From Octopus sinensis (taxonomy: Eukaryota): DNA of 63,868 nt. Under the pieces are notes generated by a model. The model made no database searches. It was not told where the DNA came from and worked only from the letters and a program-made list of their open reading frames with translations. How positions within the stretch are numbered: position 1 is the first letter of the stretch; every line of letters starts with the position of its first letter. The stretch spans positions 1 through 63,868 of the forward strand of contig NW_021832256.1 in assembly GCF_006345805.1 (NCBI RefSeq), read 5' to 3'. The position numbers and the translations under genes are program-made. Of the stretch, positions 36,918 to 48,191 are shown piece by piece.

Positions 36918-37333
36918 AATCAAAATAAGCAACAAATATATCTCCGGTAATTTGGTACGATCGTTTCACGCTACATCATTTTATTAAATATTGTAAATAT
37001 TACAACAGTTTTAAAATGTTGAGCAATCACCAGCCATTAATAGATCTCATTAATACATAATTTTCATATTAATTGATAACATTATAGAGAAGGTAGATAT
37101 ATAGACAAAGATGTTGATTTGTCTCTATATAGACATCTTTGTCTATATATCTACCTTCTCTATAATGTTATCAATAAATATGAAAATTATGTATTAATGG
37201 GAAACCTCTATAAATGGCTGATGATTGCTCAACATTTTAAAACTGTTGTAATATTTACAATATTTAATAAAATGATGTAGTGTGAAACGATCGTACCAAA
37301 TTACCGGAGATATTCTTGTTGCTTATTTTGATT
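36918..37333. mobile_element. ~197-bp inverted repeat with hammerhead cores (Penelope-like)
   Basis: Arms 36918-37114 and 37133-37333; right arm continues into sequence related to 57935-58140. Confidence 0.75.
37215..37298 (+). ncRNA. Hammerhead ribozyme with extended stem II; left-arm copy (36953-37036, -) has a core mutation
   Basis: TGG-CTGATGA-[long stem II]-GAAAC(GATC)GTA-CCA. Confidence 0.65.
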
Positions 37334-37469
37334 ATAATCACCCCATGGATTTATATGGATAACACCATACAAAGTTCTGGTGCATCTAACTTAAGTACCA
37401 TATTCATCTGAATCTAAATTTTGCTGTATATATATATATATATATATATATAATGTATGTTATATGTAT

Positions 37470-38235
37470 ATTCATATGATGTACAAATAACAAGCGGTGT
37501 TCCACAGGGCACTGTCTTGGGGCCACTGCTATTCATAGTGGCCCTTTCAGACATACCCTCAGTTGCTAAGATGGCCACTCTTGCTAGCTATGCAGATGAC
37601 ACAAAAGTCTCCCACACAATACAAAACCCTGGAAATATTGCACATCTGCAACAGGAGTTGGATACAATATACACGTGGGCTGAGGACAACAACATGCAGC
37701 TTAATGCAGGTAAGTTCTAGGCCCTGCGCTACCTTTACACAAAGGTAAACGACATGCAGACTGAATTCACTGGCCCGGGAAGAATTGCAATCCCTGAGTC
37801 AAAATCAGTGTGTGACCTGGGCATTGACATGAGCAATGATGCATCTTTCCAAGTGCATATTACTAATTTGGTAATAAAATGCAGACGGCTTGCTGGATGG
37901 ATTCTCCGAACTTTCAGAACAAGAAAGAAGGAGACACTGATGGTCCTTTGGAAAACATTTGTCCTCAGCCGCTTGGACTACTGCTCCCAACTATGGTCAC
38001 CACACAATATAAAACTAACAGCAGAACTTGAAGCAATTCAAAGAAGCTACACAAAGAAGATCATCTCAATGCAACATATCAGCTACTTGGAAAGACTGAA
38101 AGTATTAAACTTCTTCTCCCTAGAGTGGAGGCGGGAGAGATATGCGGTGATATACATCTGGAAAATCCTGGAGGGTCTTGTCCCAAACTTTGGCATTCAA
38201 AGTTACTCCAACCGCAGAACGGGGCGCCACTGGTT
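37470..38235 (+). mobile_element. CR1/L2-like LINE RT fragment
   Basis: SGVPQGTVLGPLLF, YADDTK, DLGI, SRLDYCSQLWSP, RRERY. Confidence 0.85.
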
Positions 38236-38339
38236 TCACATATTAGTGTAGCTCATTCAGCGGTGGTGCCCCAGCATGGCCTCAGCTTTCGGGCTGAAAC
38301 ATCTTTAAGGATTTATATAATGTATATTATATATATGAT

Positions 38340-38870
38340 GTATCATCATCATCATGATCATTTAGCGTCCGCTTTCCATGCTAGCATGGGTTGGACGGTT
38401 CAACTGGGGTCTGGGAAGCCAGATGGCTGCACCAGGCCCAGTCTGATCTGGCAGAGTTTCTACAGTTGGATGCCCTTCCTAACGCCAACCACTCCATGAG
38501 TGTAGTGGGTGCTTTTTACGTGCCACCGTCACAGGTGCCAGACGGGGCTGGAAAACGGCCACGGTCGGATGGTGCTTTGTACATGCCACTGGCATGGAGG
38601 CCCATTGGGGCGGTGCTGGCAACGGCCACGTTCGGATTGTTCGCTTATGTGCCACCGGCACTGGTATTACAGCTACAATTTCCATTGATGTTGATCGATT
38701 TTGATTTTGATTTTCACTTGCCTCAACAGGTCTTCACAGGTAGAGTTTTGTGTCCCAAGAAGGAAAGGTATGCATAAGTGGGCTGGCTATGTCCCAGGTA
38801 GAGGCCACGGGTTATGGTCTCACTTGTTCTGCCGGGTCTTCCCACGCACAGCATACTTCCAGATTACATA
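38340..38870 (-). mobile_element. Family C copy extending into the RTE ORF2 end
   Basis: Continues into GATTTTCACTTGCCTCAACAGGTCTTCAC, as at 40195. Confidence 0.75.
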
Positions 38871-38985
38871 CATTTATATACATTCCAGATTACATACATT
38901 TATATACATTCCAGATTATATACATTTATATACATTCCAGATTATATACATTTATATACATTCCAGATTATATACATTTATGTGT
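38868..38985. repeat. 26-bp tandem repeat CCAGATTA(C/T)ATACATTTATATACATT, about 4.5 copies
   Basis: Direct inspection. Confidence 0.8.
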
Positions 38986-39224
38986 ATTTACAGATGATGT
39001 ACATGTGTATTTAGATAAATATTATTTAATGTCCAGTTTTCATGCTGGTATCGGCTGGACAGCTTGACCCATAAGACATGTGTGGGGTTATGCATATATA
39101 TACATAGGTAATGTGAATACATAATTTTACCTATTACTTGTTCTGGTCATTAGACTGCAGCCATGCTGGAGCACTTGCCTTGGACAATGAATCGGCCTCA
39201 GTACTTATTTAATAATCATAATTA

Positions 39225-39490
39225 TTGCCGATGCCAGCGCCGCCTTGACTGACTTCCGTGCCGGTGGCACATAAAAAGCACCAATCCGATCATGGCCGTT
39301 GCCAGCCTCGCTTGGCACGTAAAAAGCACCCACTACACTCGCGGAGTGGTTGGCGTTAGGAAGGGCATCCAGCTGTAGAAACACTGCCAGATCAGACTGG
39401 AGCCTGGTGCAGCCTTCTGGCTTCCCAGATCCCCGGTCGAACCGTCCAACCCATGCTAGCATAGAGAATGGACGTTAAACGATGATGATG
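39225..39490 (+). mobile_element. Family C copy
   Basis: Ends in GGACGTTAAACGATGATGATG. Confidence 0.75.
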
Positions 39491-39704
39491 AATTGTTTCA
39501 AATTTTGGTTCAAGGCCAACAATTTTGAGGGGAGGGGCAAGGGAATTGCATCAGTCCCATTGTTCAGCCTATTTCCTATTTTATCAGCAATGAAAAAGGA
39601 GTACCGGCAGAGTTGACCTCAGTGGAATTTGAACTCAGAACAGAGAACCAGAAGAAATTCCACAAGGCGTTTTTTGTCTGATCTGCTAATGATTGTGCAA
39701 ACTC

Positions 39705-42700
39705 ATCATCATGATTGTTTAACGTCCGCTTTCCATGCTAGCATGGGTTGGACGGTTCAACTGGGGTCTGGGAAGCCTGAAGGCTGCACCAGACCAGTCA
39801 GATCTGGCAGTGTTTCTACAGCTGGATGCCCTTCCTAACGCCAACCACTCCGTGAGTGTGGTGGGTGCTTTTTATGTGCCACCGACACAGGTGCCAGACG
39901 AGGCTGGCAACGGCCACGCTCGGATGGTGTTTTTTATGTGCCACCGACACAGGGCCCAAACGAGGCTGGCAAACGGCCACGCTCGGATGGTGCTTTTAAC
40001 GTGCCACCGGCACGGAGGCCAGGCGAGGCTGGCACGGCCACGATCGGATGGTGTTTGTTACATGCCCACAGCACGGAGGCCAGTCGATGTGGTACTGGCT
40101 ACGGCCACGTTCAGATGGTTTTCTTATGTGCCACCGGCACTGGTATCACAAAAATACAAATTCCATTGATGTTCATCGATTTTGATTTGGTTTGATTTTC
40201 ACTTGCCTCAACAGGTCTTCACAAGTGTCCCAAGAAGGAAGGTATACACAGGTCTTCTCGCGCGCAGCATACTTCCAAAGGTCTCAGTCTCTGGTCATTT
40301 CCTCGGTGAGACCTAAAGCGCGAAGGTTGTTCTTCACCACCTCGTCCCAGGTTTTCCTGGGTCTACCTCTTCCACAGGTTCCCTCAACCGCTAGGGTGTG
40401 GCACTTTTTCACACAACTATCTTCATCCATTCTTACTACGTGTCCATACCAGCGTAGACGCCTCTCTTGCACACCACATCTGATGCTTCTTAGGTCCAAC
40501 TTTTCTCTCAAGGCACTTACACTCTGTCGGGTATGAACACTGACATTACACATCCAACGGAGCATACTGGCTTCATTTCTTGCGAGCTTACGCATATCCT
40601 CAGCAGTCATGGCCCATGTTTCACAGCCATGTAGCATGGCTGTTCGCACACATGCGTCATACAGTCTGCCTTTTATTCTGAGTGAAAGGCCTTTTGTCAC
40701 CAGCAGAGGTAAGAGCTCTCTGAACTTTGCCCAGGCTATTCTTACTCTAGCAGTTACACTTTCGGCACACCCACCCCTGCTACTGACTTGGTCACCTAGG
40801 TAACGGAAACTATCAACTATTTCAAGTTTTTCTCCCTGTAATGTGGCGGAAGATGGTCTCTGCACATCTTCAGTCTTTATTGAACCAGAGCATCTGCCAC
40901 ATACAGAAACTATCTTCCTAGTTAGCCTTCCTTTGACATTGCTGCACCTCTTATGTGTCCATAGCTTACACTTGGTGCATCTTATAGAGTTCCTACCTAT
41001 GCCTTTTCTACAGATCGAGCAGGGCCATCTACCTGAAGGTGTTTGAGATTTGTCTACCTTCCTACTTATTACGACTTTGGTTTTAGCTAGATTGACTCTA
41101 AGGCCCTTCGATTCTAATCCTTGCTTCCACGCCTGAAACTTCACCTCAAGTTCTGATAGTGATTCAGCAATTAGAGCAAGGTCGTCAGCATAGAGGAGCT
41201 CCCAGGGGCATCCTGTCTTGAATTCCTCCGTTATTGCCTGGAGGACTATGATAAATAGGAGGGGGCTGAGGACTGAGCCTTGGTGGACCCCAACCTCCAC
41301 CCAGAATTCTTCACTGTACTCATTGCCAACCCTCACCTTACTAACAGCGTCCCTGTACATGGTATGCACAGCTCTCACTAACCATTCATCTACCCCTAGT
41401 TTCCTCATTGACCACCAGATGAGGGATTGGGGGACCCTGTCAAAGGCTTTCTCCAAGTCAACGAAAGCCAGGTACAGAGTTTTATCTTTGGCTAGGTATT
41501 TCTCCTGCAGCTTTCTCACCAGAAATATGGCATCAGTGGTGCTTTTCCCTGGCACGAAACCAAACTGCATCTCGTCTAGGTTGACTCTCTCTCTAATCAA
41601 TTGGGCTATGACCCTTTCCGTAACCTTCATTACCTGATCCAACAGCTTAATACCTCTGTAATTACTTGTATCTAGGGCGTCACCTTTACCTTGTAGCAGT
41701 TGACTATTATGCTGCTACACCAGTCATTGGTATGACTCCTTCGTGTATCACCTGGTTAATAATATACGGGTGACTAGGCTATAACCAACACTGCCAGATT
41801 ATTTTGAGCATCTCCGCAGTAATTCCTGACGGGCCTGGGGCTTTCCCTGTCTTCATGCTTCCAATTGCCTTAACTACCGTGGAACTGTCAACTCGGATAG
41901 CTGGTCCCTCTATTGGGTCGACATTCGGCAGACTCTCTTTATCCCATTCATTCTCTTTGTTGAGCAACCTTTCATAGTGGCATCTCCAAACCTCTCTCTT
42001 TGCATCCTCATTTTTTCTTATCTGCTTCCCCTCTAGCTAAATACACCTGTCTCCTAGCTTCTCTTTTCGCAGTCTGATACAATTCCCTACTACCGCCTTT
42101 CCTCCAGTCCTTCCAAGCCTCTCTCTTGTCTCTAATAGCCCTGTCTACAACATTGTTCCACCACCACGTTACCCTGGGACGAGATGGGACTTTGCTCCAT
42201 CCACAGATCTGGTCAGTAGCTCTCAGCAGATTGTCCCGTAGAAACCTCCAGTTGGCTTCCACATTATGTGATGCTATATCCCCTTCTATTTTGTCGAAAG
42301 CTTCGAGTAGAACTTCTCTAAATCTCCGTCCATTTACAGGATCTTTAAGTTTCCAGACTCTTCTCCTCCGAGCTGGTCTTCTTCTGGGCAGCCATTTGGC
42401 CCTGATCCTGAAGACGCTAACTACTAATCTATGTTGAGGAGTACATTCCTCGCCTGGGAAGGTTTTGGCATTTATAAGCAGCCCTCTTTCCCTCTTTCTG
42501 GCAAGGATGTAGTCGATCTGGCTAGTGTGTCTGCCAGAACGGTAAGTGACTAGGTGAGAGGTGGGTTTCCTGAAGTTGGTATTGCAGACCATAAGGTCAT
42601 TTGCATCGCAGAACTCCAGCAGCCTGGTTCCCTTCTCATTGCGAGAACCAAAACCGTAGCCCCTGTGTATGCCATAGAAGCCCCCGACATGCCGTCCAAC

Positions 42701-42945
42701 ATGTCCATTGAAGTCACCTGCCACAAAGAGAAGGTCACTGTCATTTGTCAACGAGGTAGTCTGTAATAGGGTGTTGTAGAATTGGTCTTTCTGTCCTTCC
42801 GGTAGCCCTGGTTGAGGGGCATATGCCGAGATGATGGTAACTGACCTATGGTGAAGCACTAATCTAATCTTAAGTACTCTGTCACTTACTCTGACTACCT
42901 CGATTACCTTATCTACTCATTTCTCCACAAGAAGTATACCCACGC
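39705..42945 (-). mobile_element. 5'-truncated RTE-like LINE (APE + RT with Cys-rich insert) with long modular 3' UTR
   Basis: ORF 42008-42859 (IISAYAP, VAGDFNGHVG, SQIDYIL); ORF 40284-41642 (DLEKAFD, HQGSVLSP, YADD, RLRWYGHV); UTR ends in (GAT)n. Confidence 0.9.
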
Positions 42946-42990
42946 CTGTTCATAATAATAATAATAATAATAATAATGATAATAATAATA

Positions 42991-44098
42991 GCAGTACCAG
43001 ACAGTGGCTCTCATGGCTTCTGATCTTAACTGATTGGAAGTGTTATCATGTACATTGTTTTGTCTTAGTATAAAAGATGGTCTACAGCAAATATTCTGCT
43101 CAATACCACAAATTTGCTTGTCAGTTGTTTGACCACAACCAGTTGAGCATGTCCCTTAGTGGCTGACGATATGTGCATCTCTGATCACGAGCAGAAGTAG
43201 TGGGGGAGCATCATAGCCATGTGTTGAGAGGGGTCCTTTGGGGTTTGGATAATTCACCTCTGGAAACATGGCTGGTTTGTTCAACATCCTTAAACAATCC
43301 TTATTCAGGGACCTTTTGAGCGGGATGGGTTACTCGACCTGAAGAAAATTCTAACTGGGCCCCACCTGCAAGGTCTTGCGCTGTTTATCTTGATATGAGA
43401 TCACCATGTCGCGCACATATGGTTGTGATGCATGTGCCTGGTGTACCCTTATCAGATGGGTAGTGATGATGGGTATACTGGGCTTCGTATATTTTACCCC
43501 AGTGTCACTTTGATGGCATGCTCTGCTCGCTCACTCAATAATAATAATAATAATAGCAGTACCAGACAGTGGCTCTCGTAGCTTCTGATCTTAACTGATT
43601 GGAAGTGTTATGTACATTGTTTTGTCTTGGTATAAAAGATAGTCTACAGCAAATATTCTGCTCAATACCACAAATTTGCTTGTCAGTCGTTTGACTTTAA
43701 CCAGTTGAGCATGTCCCTTAGTGGCTGACGATATGTGCATCTCTGATCACGAGCAGAAGTAGTGGGGGAGCATCATAGCCATGTGTTGAGAGGGGGTCTT
43801 TGGGGTTTGGATAATTCACCTCTGGAAACATTGGTGGTTTGTTCAACATCCTTAAACAATCCTTATTCAGGTACCTTTTGAGTGGGATGGGTTACTCGAC
43901 CAGAAGAAAATTCTAACTGGGCCCCACCTGCAAGGTCTTGCGCTGTTTATCTTGATATGAGATCACTGTGTCGCGCACATATGGTTGTGATGCATGTGCC
44001 TGGTGTACCCTTATCAGATGGGTAGTCATGATGGGTATACTGGGCTTCGTATATTTTACCCCAGTGTCACTTTGATGGCATGCACTGCTCTCTCACTC
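42991..44098. mobile_element. Two tandem copies of an unclassified ~545-bp element embedded in (AAT)n
   Basis: Copies 42991-43536 and 43556-44098; (AAT)n before, between and after. Confidence 0.7.
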
Positions 44099-44218
44099 AG
44101 TAGTAATAATAATAATATTTCTTTTATTTTCCACTAGGGTGAAAGATGAGCAGGACAATACGAAAACAGATATAAAGTGTTGGGGTTTGCATATAATGAA
44201 TTGATAAGAGAATTATCT

Positions 44219-44594
44219 CTTCTCTCTCTATATAAACGGCAGTTTGTCTGTGCGTGTTTCTGTGTGTCTGTTTGCTTGTACCCTCACCCTGACCACGGCT
44301 TTCAACCGATTCTGATGAAACTTGACACACACATAGCCCAATGTCATAATTCAAAACTAACCCAGCAAAAATTTTGAAAAGTTCCCCCAGTTCTGAAAAA
44401 AATCGATAAATTCGACATGGGGTTGAGAATCAGAAACACGAACCACAAACTGTCTAGGGGATGCAACTCCACCTTTTTTAAATCTCAAAAAAAAATTTAC
44501 CATCATTTTTTTCCATTTTTTGGCTATAACTCTCTAAAAATGCTTTATAGTTATTTCCCTTACAAACCTGAGCAACGCCGGGCGATACTGCTAG
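44219..44594 (+). mobile_element. Non-autonomous Helitron-type element
   Basis: TC..TATATAAA 5' end; 3' end identical in type to 24874-25111 (GAGCAACGCCGGGCGATACTGCTAG). Confidence 0.65.
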
Positions 44595-44608
44595 TATATA
44601 TATATATA

Positions 44609-45030
44609 CTAGCAGTATTGCCCGGCTTTGCAAAATGGTCACATTTAATTCAAAGCGTTAAAAATGTTATGAAAACAATTGGTATGTGTTCACAAAGTCC
44701 AAACAATTAATACGGAAAAATCCTCCAGGCTACATCCTGAAAATTCATTTCTTTGCCGAATTTCTTCAATGTTTATGGCGATTCGTTTTTATATCTTGAT
44801 TTTTTATTTTTCATGCAATTTACGCATGCTTGCACGCGTGGTGAACACAGTTCACGTCAAACAGCTGACTGAGTAAAGTTCACTATTCAATGCATGGGAT
44901 AAGGCCTAAACACACACATTATCGATTTTTGCACTTGCGAGATGAATTTCGGAACAGAAATAGCGCAGTTCAATTTTCATTCGCCTAAACTTTAAATGAC
45001 CCATTTGTTGGCTAGGAGGAGATGTGCCGG
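44609..45030 (-). mobile_element. Opposite-strand Helitron-type 3' end (5' limit uncertain)
   Basis: CTAGCAGTATTGCCCGGC at 44609 is the reverse complement of the Helitron terminus. Confidence 0.45.
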
Positions 45031-45038
45031 GAAGTTAA

Positions 45039-45790
45039 CCCTTTCGTTACCAAACCGCCCAAAGCCGCCCGAAAAAAATTTTGGTTCATGTGACCAAGCC
45101 GCCCAAACCCGCCCGTATTTACCTATTCATATTTAAATGAGAATATCAGAGCAAATCTCTTTAGTACATTCGTGAAAACACGTGATTATACTTCGTAAAC
45201 AGTTCATCTACAGTTTTGTACAACGATCGAAGTGTAATTTTAATTCCGTGAATTTTGGGAGATTTTTTTCCGAAATTTGTTCCTATTGTGTTTTCAAAAT
45301 TTGTAATTCTGACAAAAAATGGATACGAATTTCATTATATCAAGCAGCGAGTCAGAATTCGAAGGATTTTCTACTGAAGACCTTAAATCTAACTCTATGA
45401 CTGAAAAAAAAAAAGCACATGGTATTTGATAATGAATCTGATGTTTCATTTTCCGAAAGTGAAAACAGTGAATCCGAGAGCTCCGACAGCGATAAAGAAA
45501 ATGAATTGGCACCTGAATGGAGTGAAAATTTAAAAACTGTTTCTCTTGGTGATTTTTCTGAAGAAACTGGACCAAGCCACAGACTTTCCCAGGAGAGTAA
45601 AGCCTTAGACTATCTCTATTTACTTTTTCAAATGAGCCTATTTGAAATCATTACGACGGAAACGAACCGTTACGCTAAAGAAAGCGAAAGAAAGGATAGT
45701 TAGTGGTTTCCCACAACCTTAAATGAAATTAAGACTATTTTGCCATAAATATTAGTATGGGTATCAGAAAGTTACCCAGAATAACAAATT
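45039..45790 (+). mobile_element. piggyBac-type transposon remnant (left end + transposase N-terminus)
   Basis: TTAA|CCCTTTCGTTACC; acidic N-terminus then LDYLYLLF..LFEIITTETNRYA..WFPTTLNEIK, typical of PGBD/piggyBac proteins. Confidence 0.75.
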
Positions 45791-46109
45791 CTATCGTAAA
45801 ATTTTGTTGTATACCCAATTGAATATTAGCTAATAACCCATTTTCTATAGCGATGTTTGAACAAAATTTTAATAATTTTATATTTTGTTGAATTTACCTG
45901 TATCTACCTGTGACAAAAATTATAGTATAGAATTGGTTGAGAACATTTCATTAAATTATCTTCCAAAAATCATGTTACTATATTGATAAATAAAAAAGTT
46001 ATAGTTGTTTAATGAAACCAGACTAAATTTATGATTATGTTAGAAATTAATTGTTCAATTCATGTATTTTTACCTGAGGGAAACAATTTTTTTTTCACAT
46101 GACGTAATA

Positions 46110-46457
46110 CTTCTCTTCATCAATAAAAACAGTCATCCTGTTTGTTGTTCACACAACATTTTGGCTGATATACCCTCCAGCCTTTATCAGGTGTCTTGGG
46201 GAAGTTTCGAACCTGGGTTCTCATTCCTAAGGTATTTTTTTATGTTATTTTCCACATGAGACCTTTTCTTTTTTTCGAAGCGTCTCCTCTATTGGGAGTT
46301 TTGTAAATTGTTGAATTTTTCGTTGTTGTAAAGCTTGTTTACACGGACTTTTTTCTTTCGAAAAACGAACAAAACCTTTTGTAACCTTTCGTCCTGTTTT
46401 GTCCCTTTATGTTTTCCAATCATATTTGTCAGCCCTTGTGGCCAATAAAAAGAATTA

Positions 46458-46503
<46 letters not shown>

Positions 46504-46574
46504 TCCCTGCTTGGAATTGAACTCGGAATCTTGGGGTTAGTAGCCCTTGCTCTTAGCCACTATGCCATATGCCC
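46110..46574 (-). mobile_element. tRNA-headed element with (AAT)n linker and hammerhead, interrupted by a Tx1-like 3' fragment
   Basis: Head 46499-46574 (GAGTTCAATTCC B-box); hammerhead 46151-46195; same layout in the + copy at 46578-46710. Confidence 0.6.
46250..46455 (+). mobile_element. 3' end of a Tx1-like element joined to (ATT)n
   Basis: CAGCCCTTGTGGCCAATAAAAAG resembles the termini of elements A and B; U-rich 3' UTR. Confidence 0.55.
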
Positions 46575-46577
46575 ACA

Positions 46578-46710
46578 GACATATGGCGTAGTGGTGCAAT
46601 TCCAAGCAGTGACCTGAATAATAATAATAATAACAACAACAACATCAAAAAATACCTTAGGAATGAGAACCTAGGTTCAAAATTTCCCAAGACACCTGAT
46701 GAAGGCTGGG
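46578..46710 (+). mobile_element. Internally deleted copy of the tRNA-head/hammerhead element
   Basis: CATATGGCGTAGTGG..CAATTCCAAGCAGTGACCTG(AAT)n..AATACCTTAGGAATGAGAACC..GACACCTGATGAAGGCTGG. Confidence 0.6.
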
Positions 46711-46982
46711 GAATAAAAAAAACTTGTTGGAAACAGCTGTAGTGAATGAACTAATTTCCATCTGTTATATATACTTGCCATAACACAAACAAGGGATGCA
46801 TACATAGTATACAACATTAAAAGGAAAGCAAGCAAAAATAGGATGAAATAGTGGTTGTGGTCCTCCTGTTAAAGGATGGTCTCTAGGCATAATTGAGGAA
46901 CTTCACCACCTGAGATCTCCCTGAATGCCAACGGCAAATGTCCGTTCCAATTCCTGTTCTCCAACTCACAGGTCTATACTTA

Positions 46983-47296
46983 GAATATTACCATCCTCTC
47001 TTGCGATTTTTGAATATTACCATCCTCTCTTGCGATTTTTGAATATTACCATCCTCTCTTGCGATTTTTGAATATTACCATCCTCTCTTGCGATTTTTGA
47101 ATATTACCATCCTCTCTTGCGATTTTTGAATATTACCATCCTCTCTTGCGATTTTTGAATATTACCATCCTCTCTTGCGATTTTTGAATATTACCATCCT
47201 CTCTTGCGATTTTTGAATATTACATCCTCTCTTGCGATTTTTGAATATTACCATCCTCTCTTGCGATTTTTGAATATTACCATCCTCTCTTGCGAT
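46983..47296. repeat. 29-bp tandem repeat, about 11 near-identical copies
   Basis: GAATATTACCATCCTCTCTTGCGATTTTT; no spacers. Confidence 0.95.
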
Positions 47297-47678
47297 AAGG
47301 AGGAAAAGTGAATGAGGGTTCTACCAAAGAGAAATGTCTCCGTCCTCATGCCTTTCAACCTCGTCCACCAAACAACCCCTTTCACTACAGCCACCATGCA
47401 AAGGAAAACTGCCTAACTTGCTCAATTAAAGGAAGGTAGTGGGGCAATCATCACTGTAATCATCATCATCATCATTATTCAACATCTGTTTGAGTGGTTG
47501 GTGTTGTGAAGGGCATCCAGCTGTAAAAACCTTACCAAAACTGACCTTGCTTGTGCTTGTGCCACATAAAAAGCACTAAGTCTACTCTGCTGAGTGGTTG
47601 TTGTTAGGAAGGGCATCCAGCTGTAAAAACCTCACCAAAACTGACCTCACCTCTGCTTGTGCCATGTAAAAAGCACTA

Positions 47679-48191
47679 AATCCACCGTTCTTCACTTCCA
47701 TCCCCATTGACCCTTCTAAGATTTCACCATCTTCTACTTCTCAGGTCCAAACGACGCTCTAAGAATCCACCGTTCTTCACTTCCATCCCCATTGACCCTT
47801 CTAAGATTTCACCATCTTCTTCTACTTCTCAGGTCCAAACGACACTCTAAGAATCCACCGTTCTTCACTTCCATCCCCATTGACCCTTCTAAGATTTCAC
47901 CATCTTCTACTTCTCAGGTCCAAACGACACTCTAAGAATCCACCGTTCTTCACTTCCATCCCCATTGACCCTTCTAAGATTTCACCATCTTCTACTTCTC
48001 AGGTCCAAACGACACTCTAAGAATCCACCGTTCTTCACTTCCATCCCCATTGACCCTTCTAAGATTTCACCATCTTCTACTTCTCAGGTCCAAACGACAC
48101 TCTAAGAATCCACCGTTCTTCACTTCCATCCCCATTGACCCTTCTAAGATTTCACCATCTTCTACTTCTCAGGTCCAAACGACACTCTAAG
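47679..48191 (+). repeat. 85-bp tandem repeat x6 spanning the intron 3' end, acceptor and first 19 nt of the RYBP exon
   Basis: Units start at 47679, 47764 (88 bp), 47852, 47937, 48022 and 48107. Confidence 0.95.

Noticed and set aside
46499-46574. Functional tRNA gene
   Set aside because: The acceptor stem does not pair fully and it is linked to a repeat body in two copies.
46983-47296. CRISPR-like array
   Set aside because: Units are contiguous with no unique spacers, there are no cas genes and the context is eukaryotic.
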